Shown here: positions 1 to 10,797 of the stretch, one piece after another
How the letters are laid out: every line of letters starts with the position of its first letter
Position numbering within the stretch: the stretch's first letter is position 1
Source: Desulfatiglandales bacterium
GTDB lineage: Bacteria; Desulfobacterota; DSM-4660; Desulfatiglandales; HGW-15
Length of the DNA stretch: 64,000 nucleotides
Direction of reading: 5' to 3'
Assembly: GCA_963667015.2 (NCBI GenBank)
Contig: CAXXJJ010000004.1
Span: forward strand, 1,568,001-1,632,000
Made by a program: the position numbers and the translations under genes
The notes under the pieces: model-generated
Databases searched by the model: none
What the model saw: the letters and a program-made list of their open reading frames with translations, nothing else
What the model was told of the DNA's origin: nothing

Positions 1-1553
1 GGCATACAGTTTCCGGTAAACCCATGCACAGATCTGATGCCCTGGAAAAAGTTACAGGAAAGGCAAAATTTGCAGGAGATATAATCCTGCCGGGAATGCT
101 CTATGCAAAAATATTAAGGCCGCCGGCCCATGATGCGAAACTGATAAAAGCCGATGTGTCCGGGGCAAAAAAAATAGATGGTGTCGTTATTGTTGAGGAA
201 AATGACCTGGTAGCAGCTCTTCATGAAATCTCGGAAGAGGCAGAAAAGGCCCTTGACCTGATAAAGGCCGATTATGAAATACCTGATAATGATTTACATA
301 ATGGAAATATATTCGAATATCTGGAAAAGAATGCGCCTGCAGGACAGGTTGTTATTCAAAAGGGAGATTTAGAAAATGGCAGGAAGAATACAGTAAAATC
401 CATAAAATCCAGATTCCTTAATCACTATGTTGCACATGCTCCCCTTGAAACACATACCGCAGTGGTTTCAGCGGGTAAAGAGGAAGTGAAGGTTTGGGCA
501 GCTACCCAGGCCCCTTTTCGAGTACAGAGTTCGGTTGCCGAAGTGTTCGGGCTTTCGACTGAAAAGGTCCATGTTCTTCCGACTTTTATGGGCGGGGGAT
601 TCGGGGGAAAAACTGCACATCTTCAGGCGATTGAGGCGGCCCGGCTGGCAAAATTAACCGGAAAACCGGTACAGGTGGCATGGACAAGGAAAGAAGAATT
701 TTTCAATGACACGTTCAGGCCTGCGGCAGTAGTAAATGCTGAAACAGGAATAGATAAAGACGGTAAAATAAGTTACTGGGATTTTGAAATCATCATGGCA
801 GGTACAAGGAGTTCAGAACCCATTTACGATATTCCTCACCATCGTGTGATATCAAGGGGAGGAGGGTTTGGCGGAGACAGGGTCCATCCCTTTGGCACAG
901 GGGCATGGCGTGGACCAGGAAGCAATACAAATGTTTATGCAATGGAATCCCAGACAGATATCATGGCGCAGGCAGCAGGAATCGATCCTGTTACCTTTCG
1001 AATGAAAACCCTGGCTGATAAGCGAATGCAGCGGGTTCTAAAAGCGGCAGCAGACAAATTCGACAGCCCTATTACAAAAGGGCCCAGCGGAAATGGCATT
1101 GGTGTAACCTGTACAGACTATCTTGGCACCTATGTGGCAACCATTGCCAAGGTCAAAGTTGACAAAAAAAATGGAGATGTAAAGGTCGAAAGGATTGTGT
1201 GTGCCCAGGATATGGGTGAAATTATAAATCCACAGGGCGCACGGCTGCAGATTGAGGGTGGAATCACCATGGCTGTAAGTGCGGCCCTGACTGAAGAAAT
1301 TGAATTCAGAGGCAGCTCCATACTCACAGAAAATTTTGACACCTATGAGATTACCAGGTTCTCAACAGCCCCTGTTATTGATGTTGTGCTTATAGATAAT
1401 CCCGAGATGCCGCCTCAGGGTTGCGGTGAACCCGCCTGTACTACTGTTGGGGCGGCCCTGGCTAATGCAGTGTGTGACGCCACTGGTGTTCGTTTATACG
1501 AGCTTCCCATGACACCGGAACGTGTAAGAAAGGCAATGATGAAAAAAGTATAG
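1..1553 (+). CDS. Xanthine dehydrogenase-family molybdopterin-binding subunit, 5'-truncated by the window edge
   Basis: The frame is open upstream of ATG 24 (HTVSGKPMHRSDALEKVTG). Motifs GGGFGGK, WRGPG, QIEGG and GCGEP. Confidence 0.88.
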   Translation, partial: HTVSGKPMHRSDALEKVTGKAKFAGDIILPGMLYAKILRPPAHDAKLIKADVSGAKKIDGVVIVEENDLVAALHEISEEAEKALDLIKADYEIPDNDLHNGNIFEYLEKNAPAGQVVIQKGDLENGRKNTVKSIKSRFLNHYVAHAPLETHTAVVSAGKEEVKVWAATQAPFRVQSSVAEVFGLSTEKVHVLPTFMGGGFGGKTAHLQAIEAARLAKLTGKPVQVAWTRKEEFFNDTFRPAAVVNAETGIDKDGKISYWDFEIIMAGTRSSEPIYDIPHHRVISRGGGFGGDRVHPFGTGAWRGPGSNTNVYAMESQTDIMAQAAGIDPVTFRMKTLADKRMQRVLKAAADKFDSPITKGPSGNGIGVTCTDYLGTYVATIAKVKVDKKNGDVKVERIVCAQDMGEIINPQGARLQIEGGITMAVSAALTEEIEFRGSSILTENFDTYEITRFSTAPVIDVVLIDNPEMPPQGCGEPACTTVGAALANAVCDATGVRLYELPMTPERVRKAMMKKV

Positions 1554-1608
1554 CATGAAATTGCTATCTAAAAGGAAGTCTAATAACATTTTTATGATTT
1601 TTCAAAAA

Positions 1609-1637
1609 GTAGAGACGGGTTTCAAACCCGTCTCCAT
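1609..1637 (+). repeat. GTAG-type REP palindrome
   Basis: GTAGAGACGGGTTTCAAACCCGTCTCCAT; related copies at 61360, 61445 and 61735. Confidence 0.75.
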
Positions 1638-1718
1638 ATGCCATCATGTTCCGTTTTTGGATAATAGTGACAGAAGGATTTATTTATAAGCAAATGATCA
1701 CCAGTCACGGAGAAAGAC

Positions 1719-3473
1719 ATGAAAAGTAAATTTGGATTCACGAGTTTTATATTGCTGTTTTTCGTCATTATCGTTACCGGGTTCAGTTCCTGTACAAAAG
1801 AGCAGCCAGAGGTAGAGTTAAACTGCGACGACCAGTTGATTACTGTATTGAATCCGGCTATTTCGAGCGATTTTGCAGAGCGGGTTCCGCTGGCTCCTCG
1901 TACTGAAAACTCTCTGGACGAAAAAACCATCTATCTGGTAGACCTTCAATGGGGAGGCCCTGAAGCCGGATACAGTGTTTTTGAGGAAATGAAAGACTGG
2001 TTTTCTAAGAACATGCCCTCGGTCAAGGTTGAAGTCAGAAGATCAAAGGGTGGCTGGATGGGCGATGATCCTGATCTCAGAGCAGAGATAGTCTCCAAAA
2101 AGGCGGGTGGAGCAGTTATAGGCATTGGCGGGTGACACGGTTGTGTGTCGGTCGTGAGCCGATTTGCGAGAGAACTTGAAGAAAAGAATATACCTACCGT
2201 AGGTGCCGCAGGGATAAATGTAGTAAATTTTAAAGATTATAACGTAAAATACGCCAATGGTATGCCCATACGATTTGTGGCATTCCCCTTTCCGGTTGCG
2301 GGCCAGCCCAGGTCAGTTCATAAACAGTATGTTGAAGGCAAGGATCTTCTGAGCGGAAAACCAATGATGCAGGCCATTATCGACGGTCTTACAAAACCGC
2401 TTACTGATGAAGAAAAAAAAGAGGGAATTCCTCCCGAAGGAGCACCTGAACCCAGGCTGTTGAAACCGGATACAGAGGATAACCTCAGGCGTCTTTTTAA
2501 AGATAGAGAATGGACCGATTTTAATGCCATTATCCTCCCGACTGAAAAGAGAGTGGCAGAAATACTTACCGGAACAAGCCATAATCCGGATGAGGTGGTT
2601 TGTGAATCAGGTTCTAAAAAAATGACAGTGGAAAAAGTTGCAGCTTATGCCGTTATGGTCGGGGCAAAAAAGGAATATTTTCCGACCATACTTGCAATCT
2701 GTACCATGGCCCCTTCATTTGGCAATTCAACAAGCTCTGCCGCAAACATGATAGTAGTAAACGGCCCGATCAGAAAAGAACTGGGCATGAATTCCGGTGT
2801 TGATGCACTGGGCCCCTTTAACGAGGCAAATTCCGTACTGGGCAGGGTCTTTACCATTGCAGGCAAAATCATGGGGGACCTCCGCATCAATGAAGGAGCC
2901 TATTCAACCCTTGGAAGCACCATTCAGTATAATAACCTGTGCTATGCTGAAAACGAAGAAGCCCTGCCCGAGGGCTGGGAACCCCTCAGTGTGCAGCTCG
3001 GATTCAAACGAACCGACAATGTTGTAAGTATAGGTATGGGATGGAGTTATATTTCAAGCGTCGGCGAAGCGCAGATAAGTCATCCGCCGCACAAGATGTT
3101 CAGTGACTACATGCGTTCCCTTGCGGGAATGAGTGCAACAATTATAATGGACCCGACTGTTGCAGGTCTGCTAAAGGATGTTCATGGCTTCAACACCAAA
3201 GAAGAACTTGCCAAATACCTGTCTGAGAATACAGCGGTAAAAGCAGAAACATACTGGGGCAACGGAGTAAACACAACCGCCTTTAAACCTATGGCGCTGC
3301 AGGGACGAGAACCATACGCGACATGGCTTAATACCCCGCCTGAAACACTTATTAAGCCTTTCACCAATGAAAAGGGCATAAGGGTTATTGTCGCGGGTGG
3401 AGGGATACAGACCACATGGTTTGTGACAGACTTCCAATTTCGCGGAGGGATACAGATTGATAAGTGGAAATGA
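1719..3473 (+). CDS. UGSC-like (UxxC) selenoprotein, predicted lipoprotein; one CDS read through UGA 2133-2135
   Basis: ORFs 1719-2135 and 2145-3473 are in frame: GIGG-UGA-HGC-VSVVS. N-terminal lipobox FSSC. Hairpin at 2147-2163. Confidence 0.8.
2147..2163 (+). promoter_or_regulatory. Candidate bacterial SECIS hairpin
   Basis: GTCGGT-CGTGA-GCCGAT, separated from the in-frame UGA by 11 nt. Confidence 0.5.
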
Positions 3474-3541
3474 TTTTCTGCTGATTCTATTCCGGAAATA
3501 AAAAGTCGCTTTGATAAAAAAAGAAAAACAGGAGAACCAGT

Positions 3542-4372
3542 ATGATATGTAAATTATTCGCCTCACTGCTGCTGATTATCACAGTTGCTGCCACACTAAA
3601 TGCGGCGGAAAAACAAACCGAATTAAAAACCACTGAAGATAAATTAAGTTATATTGTCGGCGCTCAAATGGCTAAAGACCTCAAACGGCAGGGGTTTGAG
3701 CCGAACTATGATGCATTTATTATGGGGATGAAGGAAACCTTTGGTAATCAGGCACCGCTGTTTTCAGAAGAGGACATCATGAAGATCAGACAGCAGTTCA
3801 CTCATGATCAAGTTATGAAACAGGCGGTTAAAACCCTTGGTGACAAGGCCTGGAAGGTCCAGCTGAAAAAACCGGAGATGATGACCTTTGATAAAAATAA
3901 AGACTATTTCTGGATACTTGAAACTAATAAAGGAACAATAAAATTAAAATTAATGCCTGATGTAGCCCCCATGCACGTAACCAGCGCCATTTTTCTTACA
4001 AAAAAAGGTTACTATGACGGCCTGACATTCCATAGAGTAATCCCCGGGTTTATGGCTCAGGGCGGAGACCCTCTGGGCACAGGTGTCGGTGGACCCGGTT
4101 ACCAGTTTGACGGCGAGTTTAACGACAATGTGAAGCATGATAAGCCATATATGTTGAGCACAGCTAACGCAGGTCCGGGCACTGACGGCAGTCAATTCTT
4201 TATTACCTTTGTACCAACCCCGGGCCTTGATGGCAAACACACTATTTTCGGGAGTGTTGTTGAAGGACAGGATGTTGTTAAAAGACTTGAGGCAGCAGGA
4301 ACCTCAAACGGAAAGACAAGGGAACCTCTAATAATTAACAGAGCGAAGATTGAAGAAAAGGCGCGGATGTAA
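3542..4372 (+). CDS. Peptidyl-prolyl isomerase: signal peptide, FKBP_N-like helical domain and cyclophilin domain
   Basis: EDKLSYIVGAQMAKDLK (Mip/FkpA N-domain-like); YYDGLTFHRVIPGFMAQGGDP and GSQFFIT (cyclophilin). Confidence 0.88.
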   Translation: MICKLFASLLLIITVAATLNAAEKQTELKTTEDKLSYIVGAQMAKDLKRQGFEPNYDAFIMGMKETFGNQAPLFSEEDIMKIRQQFTHDQVMKQAVKTLGDKAWKVQLKKPEMMTFDKNKDYFWILETNKGTIKLKLMPDVAPMHVTSAIFLTKKGYYDGLTFHRVIPGFMAQGGDPLGTGVGGPGYQFDGEFNDNVKHDKPYMLSTANAGPGTDGSQFFITFVPTPGLDGKHTIFGSVVEGQDVVKRLEAAGTSNGKTREPLIINRAKIEEKARM

Positions 4373-4399
4373 ATAATCCAACCTGATATTTGCATTTTT

Positions 4400-4443
4400 A
4401 TAATCCCTGAATTTTCTCATCACGTGGATAATTCAGGGATTAT
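4400..4443 (+). terminator. Stem-loop, probable intrinsic terminator
   Basis: ATAATCCCTGAATT ... AATTCAGGGATTAT followed by T's. Confidence 0.6.
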
Positions 4444-4485
4444 TTTATACTGAGCATCCAATTTCACTATTAAATCTTTAAACCT

Positions 4486-5358
4486 ATGAACAAACAATTA
4501 TTTTCCTATATAATGCTGTATCTGTCAGCCATCCTGTTTGCAGTTACTTCGGTAATTGTAAAGGTTGCGGCTCAAACCTATTCGGGCCTTTTCATTTCTT
4601 CTGTAAGATTCCTGTTTGGTCTTTTCCTGGCAGTTATAGCCATAAAACTTTCCGGGCAAAAATTCAGGATTATCAATAAAAAATACTGGGTTTTAAGAGG
4701 AATTGCAGGAGCTGTCGCAATGATCTGTTTTTATGTAGCGATCCATCTGACATCAAGCGGAAGAACAGCTCTCCTTGAAAAGGTATATCCGATATTCGTT
4801 ACCATCTTCAGCCTGCTGATCTATAAAGAGAAAATCACTAAAAATATAATTTTAAGCCTGATATTATGTACTGCAGGAGTTTTCTTTATCTTATATGACG
4901 GAAGTGAATACAGTTTTGTCGGCAACCTGATAGGTCTAGGTGCTGGAATGGCCGCGAGTTTTGCCATCATATTCATTAAAAAAGCAAGACAGACCGACAG
5001 CAGTCTGATGATTTATCTTTCTCCATGTGTATTCGGCATGGGTACACTGCCTTTCACCTTTGGCGAATTCACGAAGATCACGGGAAACGGATTTATACTT
5101 CTGTCTGTTATAGGCTTCCTCACATTCGTGGCACAGGTCATGATGACCTATGGATACAAGGAGGTCCCTGCATCAAAGGGGAGCATTATATTCTATCTTG
5201 AAACAATACTCACAATTTTTCTCAGTCTGTTTATCGTTGATGAAATAATAACTGCACGGTTTGCTATCGGATGTACACTCGTTATATCGGGTCTTGTAAT
5301 TAATAACGGTCCGAAGTGGTTCAGGATAAAGACTGAGGCAGTCTCGATAAAAGAGTGA
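4486..5358 (+). CDS. DMT/EamA family transporter
   Basis: About 10 hydrophobic segments in two repeats; LRGIAG and YPIFVTIFS patterns. Confidence 0.85.
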   Translation: MNKQLFSYIMLYLSAILFAVTSVIVKVAAQTYSGLFISSVRFLFGLFLAVIAIKLSGQKFRIINKKYWVLRGIAGAVAMICFYVAIHLTSSGRTALLEKVYPIFVTIFSLLIYKEKITKNIILSLILCTAGVFFILYDGSEYSFVGNLIGLGAGMAASFAIIFIKKARQTDSSLMIYLSPCVFGMGTLPFTFGEFTKITGNGFILLSVIGFLTFVAQVMMTYGYKEVPASKGSIIFYLETILTIFLSLFIVDEIITARFAIGCTLVISGLVINNGPKWFRIKTEAVSIKE

Positions 5359-5393
5359 CAGCCTGTTGCCGGCTAAACAGCTACAGCCTGTTT

Positions 5394-6419
5394 TTACACC
5401 GCCAGATCGAGCTGTTGTATTGTCCCGGCTGTACCATTTTCCATCAGATATATGCCGGTTCTGACAGTCTGGCCTGTCAGTTCATTTTCATTTCCCCTGT
5501 GATCAAATCCTGTTGATAAATTTCCCGTGTTAATTGCGCCGATACCGCTTTCCTTAAGCCCTTTAAGACTGGAATACCCCGTGGCATCCATTGTCCAGAC
5601 ACGCAGCTTGCTGTAAACAGGATCATTTTCGTCAATCCAGTTATTGCCGTCAATATCATGGACTGAAAGTTCATTAAAGCCGTTTCCAGTCTGTGGGCCA
5701 AACAGCTCTTTGCCGTTATTTACAATACCGTCGCTGTTGCTGTCGATTACCAGATAACCGCTTCCAGGTTTCGGGACCGGAACATCCTCATTTATGCCGT
5801 CTGAATCCAGATCAAAGGAGAATTTCATATCTGATAATTCTGCAGCGGTCCCGTTGAAATTAATTACAAGAGGATCTGTCAGCAGAGCATCACCTGCCCT
5901 CAGCCTGAAATTTTCATAGGCTGCATACTCTCTCTGCATATTGAGCTGTAGAGAAAACTCTATTTCTCTATTGTCACCGGTTTTTATTATTCCTGCTGCG
6001 GAGAAGGATATTTCCTCTATCTCGTAATGAGATTCCTGATAATTATAGGAAATGCCCCAGCCTTCCCGCTCAGTTTCAGTCTCAGAATCCTGCTGGCTGT
6101 TTTCGAGTTTTGTATCAGCATCGCCGGAAGTTCCCTGGAATTCGGAAAGATCAAAAACCCTCACCTTTTTACCGGAAAGAATCTCTACAAGCAGTGCGTC
6201 AAGCGTCATTTTCAGATTGTTTTTCCTGAGCTCATCCAGGGCTTCTTCAGTGCTGCATTCTCCTGCCATGCATTTTGCTTTGGCAGAAATACTTATTTTT
6301 TCGCCTGAAGCATTACCTTCTGATGGATCAATCCAGACACTCAGGTTTTCCTGCTCTTCATCCCTGCTGACAAAATGTCTTTCTGATGCCATGTATATGT
6401 TTGAATTTTCGATTTTCAT
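5394..6419 (-). CDS. Hypothetical protein with DxDxDG-type repeats (DPLVINF...FDLDSDG family)
   Basis: Likely start MKIENS after AAGGGG. Motifs DPLVINF, FDLDSDG, DSNSDG, DIDGNNWIDEND. Confidence 0.7.
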   Translation of the reverse strand: MKIENSNIYMASERHFVSRDEEQENLSVWIDPSEGNASGEKISISAKAKCMAGECSTEEALDELRKNNLKMTLDALLVEILSGKKVRVFDLSEFQGTSGDADTKLENSQQDSETETEREGWGISYNYQESHYEIEEISFSAAGIIKTGDNREIEFSLQLNMQREYAAYENFRLRAGDALLTDPLVINFNGTAAELSDMKFSFDLDSDGINEDVPVPKPGSGYLVIDSNSDGIVNNGKELFGPQTGNGFNELSVHDIDGNNWIDENDPVYSKLRVWTMDATGYSSLKGLKESGIGAINTGNLSTGFDHRGNENELTGQTVRTGIYLMENGTAGTIQQLDLAV

Positions 6420-6562
6420 AACATACCCCTTATTCATGGCAAAAATCTTTGGACAGAAATTCAATCATTTATTTAAACGTGTGCGCATTTAAAATGAAGC
6501 TTTTTTCTGATGGAGCTTTCAGCTGTCAGCTTATTTATCGATCCAATAGTCTTTTTCTGAAA

Positions 6563-6600
6563 GCTAACAGCCTACAGTCTAAACAGCTTCAGCCTGCTTT
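6563..6600 (-). repeat. Dispersed ~37-bp repeat (AGCAGGCTGAAGCTGTTTAGACTGWAGGCTGTTAG family)
   Basis: Related copies at 5357-5393, 14029-14062, 19726-19762, 19910-19937, 21667-21702 and 21755-21777. Confidence 0.7.
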
Positions 6601-6607
6601 TATTAAA

Positions 6608-6796
6608 TCACACGACAATATCAACATTCTGTCCTATTCCCAGAGATTTAAGAATGCCGCTCATCATATCCTCCTGGATCTTGAGAGCATCCTTAAGGAG
6701 GGCAATATCCTTTTCAGATTCCACCTGACTGTTCTGAGCGGATATCATCTGTGCGGCCAGATCCGCACTGCCTGTACCAACTGAATTAATAGCCAT
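6608..6796 (-). CDS. YjfB-like putative motility protein
   Basis: 62 aa with ALLKDALKIQEDM...GIGQNVDIVV; AAGGAG RBS. Confidence 0.7.
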   Translation of the reverse strand: MAINSVGTGSADLAAQMISAQNSQVESEKDIALLKDALKIQEDMMSGILKSLGIGQNVDIVV

Positions 6797-6828
6797 TAAT
6801 AAATCTCCTTAAAACCTTCTTTTTAGCA

Positions 6829-6856
6829 TTATCGACAGAACATTCCAGTTTCATTA
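6829..6856 (-). promoter_or_regulatory. Possible sigma-28 (FliA) promoter
   Basis: TAAT-N16-GTCGATAA upstream of the yjfB-like gene, against consensus TAAA-N15-GCCGATAA. Confidence 0.35.
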
Positions 6857-6915
6857 GACATTTTCATTACGACCTGCAACCCTCCTAAAAATAATTTAAC
6901 TTCTTATTATTTAAT

Positions 6916-8940
6916 TTATTTCTTCTGTGGTATAAATTTGGCCGCCCAACCACCCCCTGGTGCAAGTTTCAGTTTAATAGTATCTTTTTTTGAAACAGTC
7001 CGAAAAATCTTTTTAAAATCACTGGCATAATGATCTGCATTAATCCCGTCTTCAAGTATTTCGGCAAGATAGATGCCTTCACTTAAAAAGGACAGATCGA
7101 ATGTAAATTCTCGTTCTTTTTCATTCGTCATTGCGCCCATATACCAATTGTCTCCATTCTTTCGAGCAATGACAAGATATTCAGCAACACTGGCTGCCAT
7201 CACTCTGGTATCTTCCCATATAGTGGGTATCTCAGAAATGAATTTTGCGCACTCAGATTCCTTCATGTAATTTGATGGGCTATCAGCCATCATCTGCAGC
7301 GGGCTTTCATAGATCACATACATCGCAATTTGATGCATTCGTGTGCCCATACTCATTGGACGGGAGAAAACGCTTTGAAAATTATTCGGTTGAGCGTTGT
7401 TCATTGCCCCCGGCGTATAATCCATGGGACCGGAAACCATCCGTATAAACGGCAAAGTCAGATTATGTGTCGGGGTGATGTCTTTACTCCATTTGTTATG
7501 TTCCAGTCCTTTTACTCCTTCCCGGGTAATCACATTTGGGTAACTGCGACGCAACCCGCCTGGCTTATATGCTCCATGAAAATCAACCAGCATTTTTCTT
7601 TTTGCAGTTTCAGAAGCGATCTTCCAATAGTAATTTACCATTTCCTGATCATCACGCTGCATGAAATCAACCTTGATACCGGCAGCTCCCCATTTTTCAA
7701 ATTGATCGAGAGCAATCTCAAGCTGTTCATCAAGTGTTTTCCAGATTACCCAGAGAATAACTTCCACATTTTTTTCTTTGCCATACCTGATAATTTCTTC
7801 CACATTCATCTCCGGAACAACATTCAGGAGATCACCAGGTACGTACCAGCCTTCATCGAGAATTATATATTCGATTCCAAACCTGGAGGCAAAATCGATA
7901 TAATACTTGTAAGTCTCAGTATTTACTCCAGCTCTAAAATCGACGCCGTATATGTTATTAGCATTCCACCAATCCCAGGCTACTTTACCCGGCCTAATCC
8001 AGGAGGTATCACTTAACTTCGAATCCTCTCCAAGTAGATAAACCAGTTGATTTGTAATGAGATCACCATCCTCTCGGGCTATTGCTATAATTCGCCACGG
8101 GAAAAATCGGTTCCCATCCGTTTTTGCTATATAGTCAGCAGATTTTGTAACAGGAAAATTGCGATCTTTAAGCTGTATTTCACCCGAATTGAAAGGTTGC
8201 ATTTTACTTTCAAGGGGATAGTGCGGAAACGTTCCGGTTAGTGTATTACCTGTGCTGCTATTTATCCAGAGACCAGGGTAATCACGTAAAGCGCTCTCAG
8301 AAATTAGAATTTTTGGCCCTGTTGTTTCTACTAAAAAAGGCAAACTGGCAATCTTTCCGGCAGGTAACCTGTCGAGTTGAATATATTGGTAGGACCGCTC
8401 GTTATGAGAAAAATAACCTTCTTCTTCCGGAAAATAGATATTATTTGTTCCGGTAAAATTAAAAGTCACCTGCTCAGAATAGACTTTTAATTCTCTGTCA
8501 ATACGGGTTTGAAATCGATATGCAACGCCGTTGTTGTATACTCGAAAAATAACAGAATAATCCCCAGTGAAATCTATTGTCAGTTCACTGTAATAATCAT
8601 CAATAGTGGCGAACTTTTCCGGTATTACAGGCTTAATATTTTGTTTAACGGATTTATTTTGAAAATCTGAAATTACCGGATTTTTCCCAAGCACCTGATT
8701 ATCACCAACATTCATTGATATTGGCGAAGGCTCAATAATCAACTTTTCATCAACAAAGACGGAATAGCTAATTTGATCCACAAAAGACAGGACAACTTTT
8801 ATAGTTTTATCTGGTGATTGAACCTCAAGATTTTTCTCTGTCTGCCCTTTGACATTGATAGAAATAAAAAGGATCAGAATAGTTGAACAGATTAGATTTG
8901 TTATACATTTTATATTATTTTTCCTTGGAAGCTGTTTCAT
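6916..8940 (-). CDS. Glycoside hydrolase family 97 (alpha-glucosidase/galactosidase)
   Basis: SWIRPGKVAWDWWN, ILDEGW, GIKVDFM, VDFHG, GPMDYTPG, LAPGGG. Confidence 0.93.
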   Translation of the reverse strand: MKQLPRKNNIKCITNLICSTILILFISINVKGQTEKNLEVQSPDKTIKVVLSFVDQISYSVFVDEKLIIEPSPISMNVGDNQVLGKNPVISDFQNKSVKQNIKPVIPEKFATIDDYYSELTIDFTGDYSVIFRVYNNGVAYRFQTRIDRELKVYSEQVTFNFTGTNNIYFPEEEGYFSHNERSYQYIQLDRLPAGKIASLPFLVETTGPKILISESALRDYPGLWINSSTGNTLTGTFPHYPLESKMQPFNSGEIQLKDRNFPVTKSADYIAKTDGNRFFPWRIIAIAREDGDLITNQLVYLLGEDSKLSDTSWIRPGKVAWDWWNANNIYGVDFRAGVNTETYKYYIDFASRFGIEYIILDEGWYVPGDLLNVVPEMNVEEIIRYGKEKNVEVILWVIWKTLDEQLEIALDQFEKWGAAGIKVDFMQRDDQEMVNYYWKIASETAKRKMLVDFHGAYKPGGLRRSYPNVITREGVKGLEHNKWSKDITPTHNLTLPFIRMVSGPMDYTPGAMNNAQPNNFQSVFSRPMSMGTRMHQIAMYVIYESPLQMMADSPSNYMKESECAKFISEIPTIWEDTRVMAASVAEYLVIARKNGDNWYMGAMTNEKEREFTFDLSFLSEGIYLAEILEDGINADHYASDFKKIFRTVSKKDTIKLKLAPGGGWAAKFIPQKK

Positions 8941-9010
8941 TATCTAAACCTCTCTGATATGAGTCTTTTAATTGGATTAGTGAGATAGACAGGATAATTT
9001 CAGATTATTA

Positions 9011-10797
9011 CCTGAATTTTGCACGAAAACGCATTTTCTATAGTTTATTATTCAATTTTTATAAAGCTTATTTCTCCGTGCAAGAAATTTTGTGCACGAA
9101 GTACAACCAACTCAAATTACAGCTAAATTATTGCCGCACCAAGGTTTAGGCACTGCTCTCTTCATATCCAAATATTCCATGAACGACAGTAAGGCAGGTG
9201 TTCGGCTATCATGGATAGAGTACCTGACTTTATTCCGGTTTGATGCCATGACAACCTTTGCGGCAATCATCAGCAAACGCAACCTTGCTATACGAACAGT
9301 ATTTGTTTTTATCCCTTTAAGTGAAGCAGCCTGCGGTGCTGCCTCATCAGGTTGTTTGTCTTTGCAACTATTCTCAGCCATTATTTTCAAGTAGCGCCAG
9401 ATATTATAGGCCAGCATTACAACTTGAAAATAAGCATAGTTATTTTTGAAACGTGATGAAGGAATGGCGTCAAGCCCTTCACGTTTTGATTCACCCACCA
9501 GGTTTTCAACATCTGCACGTTTATCATACAGGGCAATGACCTTATGAGCTTTTTGCCTGAGATCAGTGCTGAATATACGATAAGTATATTTATCTTCTTC
9601 AAACAGTTCGTACTGAGTATTTTGATCTTTGATATTTTCTTTGGGCATTCTCATTGCAACAAACCTGACAGGTTCCTCCCACCCCTGAGGCTGGTATACG
9701 CAACTGTTGTACTCACACGCCTGTTTTTTGTTAGGCTGATACCAAAGTCGGGGATCAAATGGAGGATTGCATCCTTTGTTAGCAAAAATAAAATTATAGC
9801 CTTCTTCTATGCATTCATGAACACTTTCTGCACTTTGGAATTCCCCATCCCCACGTACCAAAACCTGTTCAACGCAGCCAGGCAGCTGGCTTTTTATTTG
9901 GGAAATAAATTCCGCAGTTTCGATGCCTCCCATGGTTTCACCTCTACGAAGTTTGCCGATCAGATATTCCCTGCTTTCCTCAATAAAACACAGGACTGGT
10001 CGATAGCCTTTCTTTCCGCGGTTTTTAGTGTTGTGGCCTTTCCGAGCCCCCTGTTGATCTCCAAAAACTGTCTCGACTGTTGTGTCTATATCTAAGCAAA
10101 CTTTGCGATAAGAAATATTGTTAAGGCTCCAGACACGCTCTCTAAGGACTGCCATTACATTCAGTAAGGATTTCCCCTGATTGAGACCCATACTATTAAC
10201 GTATCGCCAAAAAGTACTGGCAACAGGCAAGCTGGTAACCCTAAAAAATCCGCAAAGCATCGAATCAAAACGTAAATATGAAAAATGCCATACCCTGTTG
10301 AAGCCTATAAATAGTAGCGTCAGCAGACCGACTACCATAGAATAGTGTCCCAGCTTGGGTTTCCGGCTAGGGGCTTTATATACAGATTCAAATATTTCCC
10401 GAAAATCAATCAGGTCTATAAATTTTATAATGGCCAAAAGCCCGCCAAATGGGCTTAGCTGTTCACTGCATGTGTCATATGCTGTAGATGCATTGATATT
10501 TCTGGCATTTGAGTGATCTGTCTGGGTTCCTTTATTGTTGTACTTCTTAGTGAATTTTGATTTATTAGCTTTTACCATCTGGGTATCTCCTGTATTTATG
10601 GTTGTCTTTGTCAACTCCCATAATAACAGCGGTTCCCAGATGGTTTCTATGTTTTTTTATTTTTTAATGCAAAATTCAGGTATTAATTTTAATTATTTCG
10701 AATATTACCCTGTTGAATTTATTATGTCAAAAAATGTTAACCAGATAGATCCGTAGAACGGGTTTCATCCAAACATTTTACAGGGTGAACATCAGGG
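9011..10797 (-). mobile_element. IS1380-family insertion sequence (ends tentative)
   Basis: Transposase bounded by CCTGAATTTTGCAC (9011) and GTGAACATCAGGG (to 10797). Only a weak IR match and no clear TSD. Confidence 0.5.
9112..10614 (-). CDS. IS1380-family DDE transposase
   Basis: LSPFGGL, LDIDTT, GYRPVLCF, VRGDGEF, YDKRADVENLVGE, N...FQVVMLAYN. Confidence 0.88.
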   Translation of the reverse strand: MTKTTINTGDTQMVKANKSKFTKKYNNKGTQTDHSNARNINASTAYDTCSEQLSPFGGLLAIIKFIDLIDFREIFESVYKAPSRKPKLGHYSMVVGLLTLLFIGFNRVWHFSYLRFDSMLCGFFRVTSLPVASTFWRYVNSMGLNQGKSLLNVMAVLRERVWSLNNISYRKVCLDIDTTVETVFGDQQGARKGHNTKNRGKKGYRPVLCFIEESREYLIGKLRRGETMGGIETAEFISQIKSQLPGCVEQVLVRGDGEFQSAESVHECIEEGYNFIFANKGCNPPFDPRLWYQPNKKQACEYNSCVYQPQGWEEPVRFVAMRMPKENIKDQNTQYELFEEDKYTYRIFSTDLRQKAHKVIALYDKRADVENLVGESKREGLDAIPSSRFKNNYAYFQVVMLAYNIWRYLKIMAENSCKDKQPDEAAPQAASLKGIKTNTVRIARLRLLMIAAKVVMASNRNKVRYSIHDSRTPALLSFMEYLDMKRAVPKPWCGNNLAVI

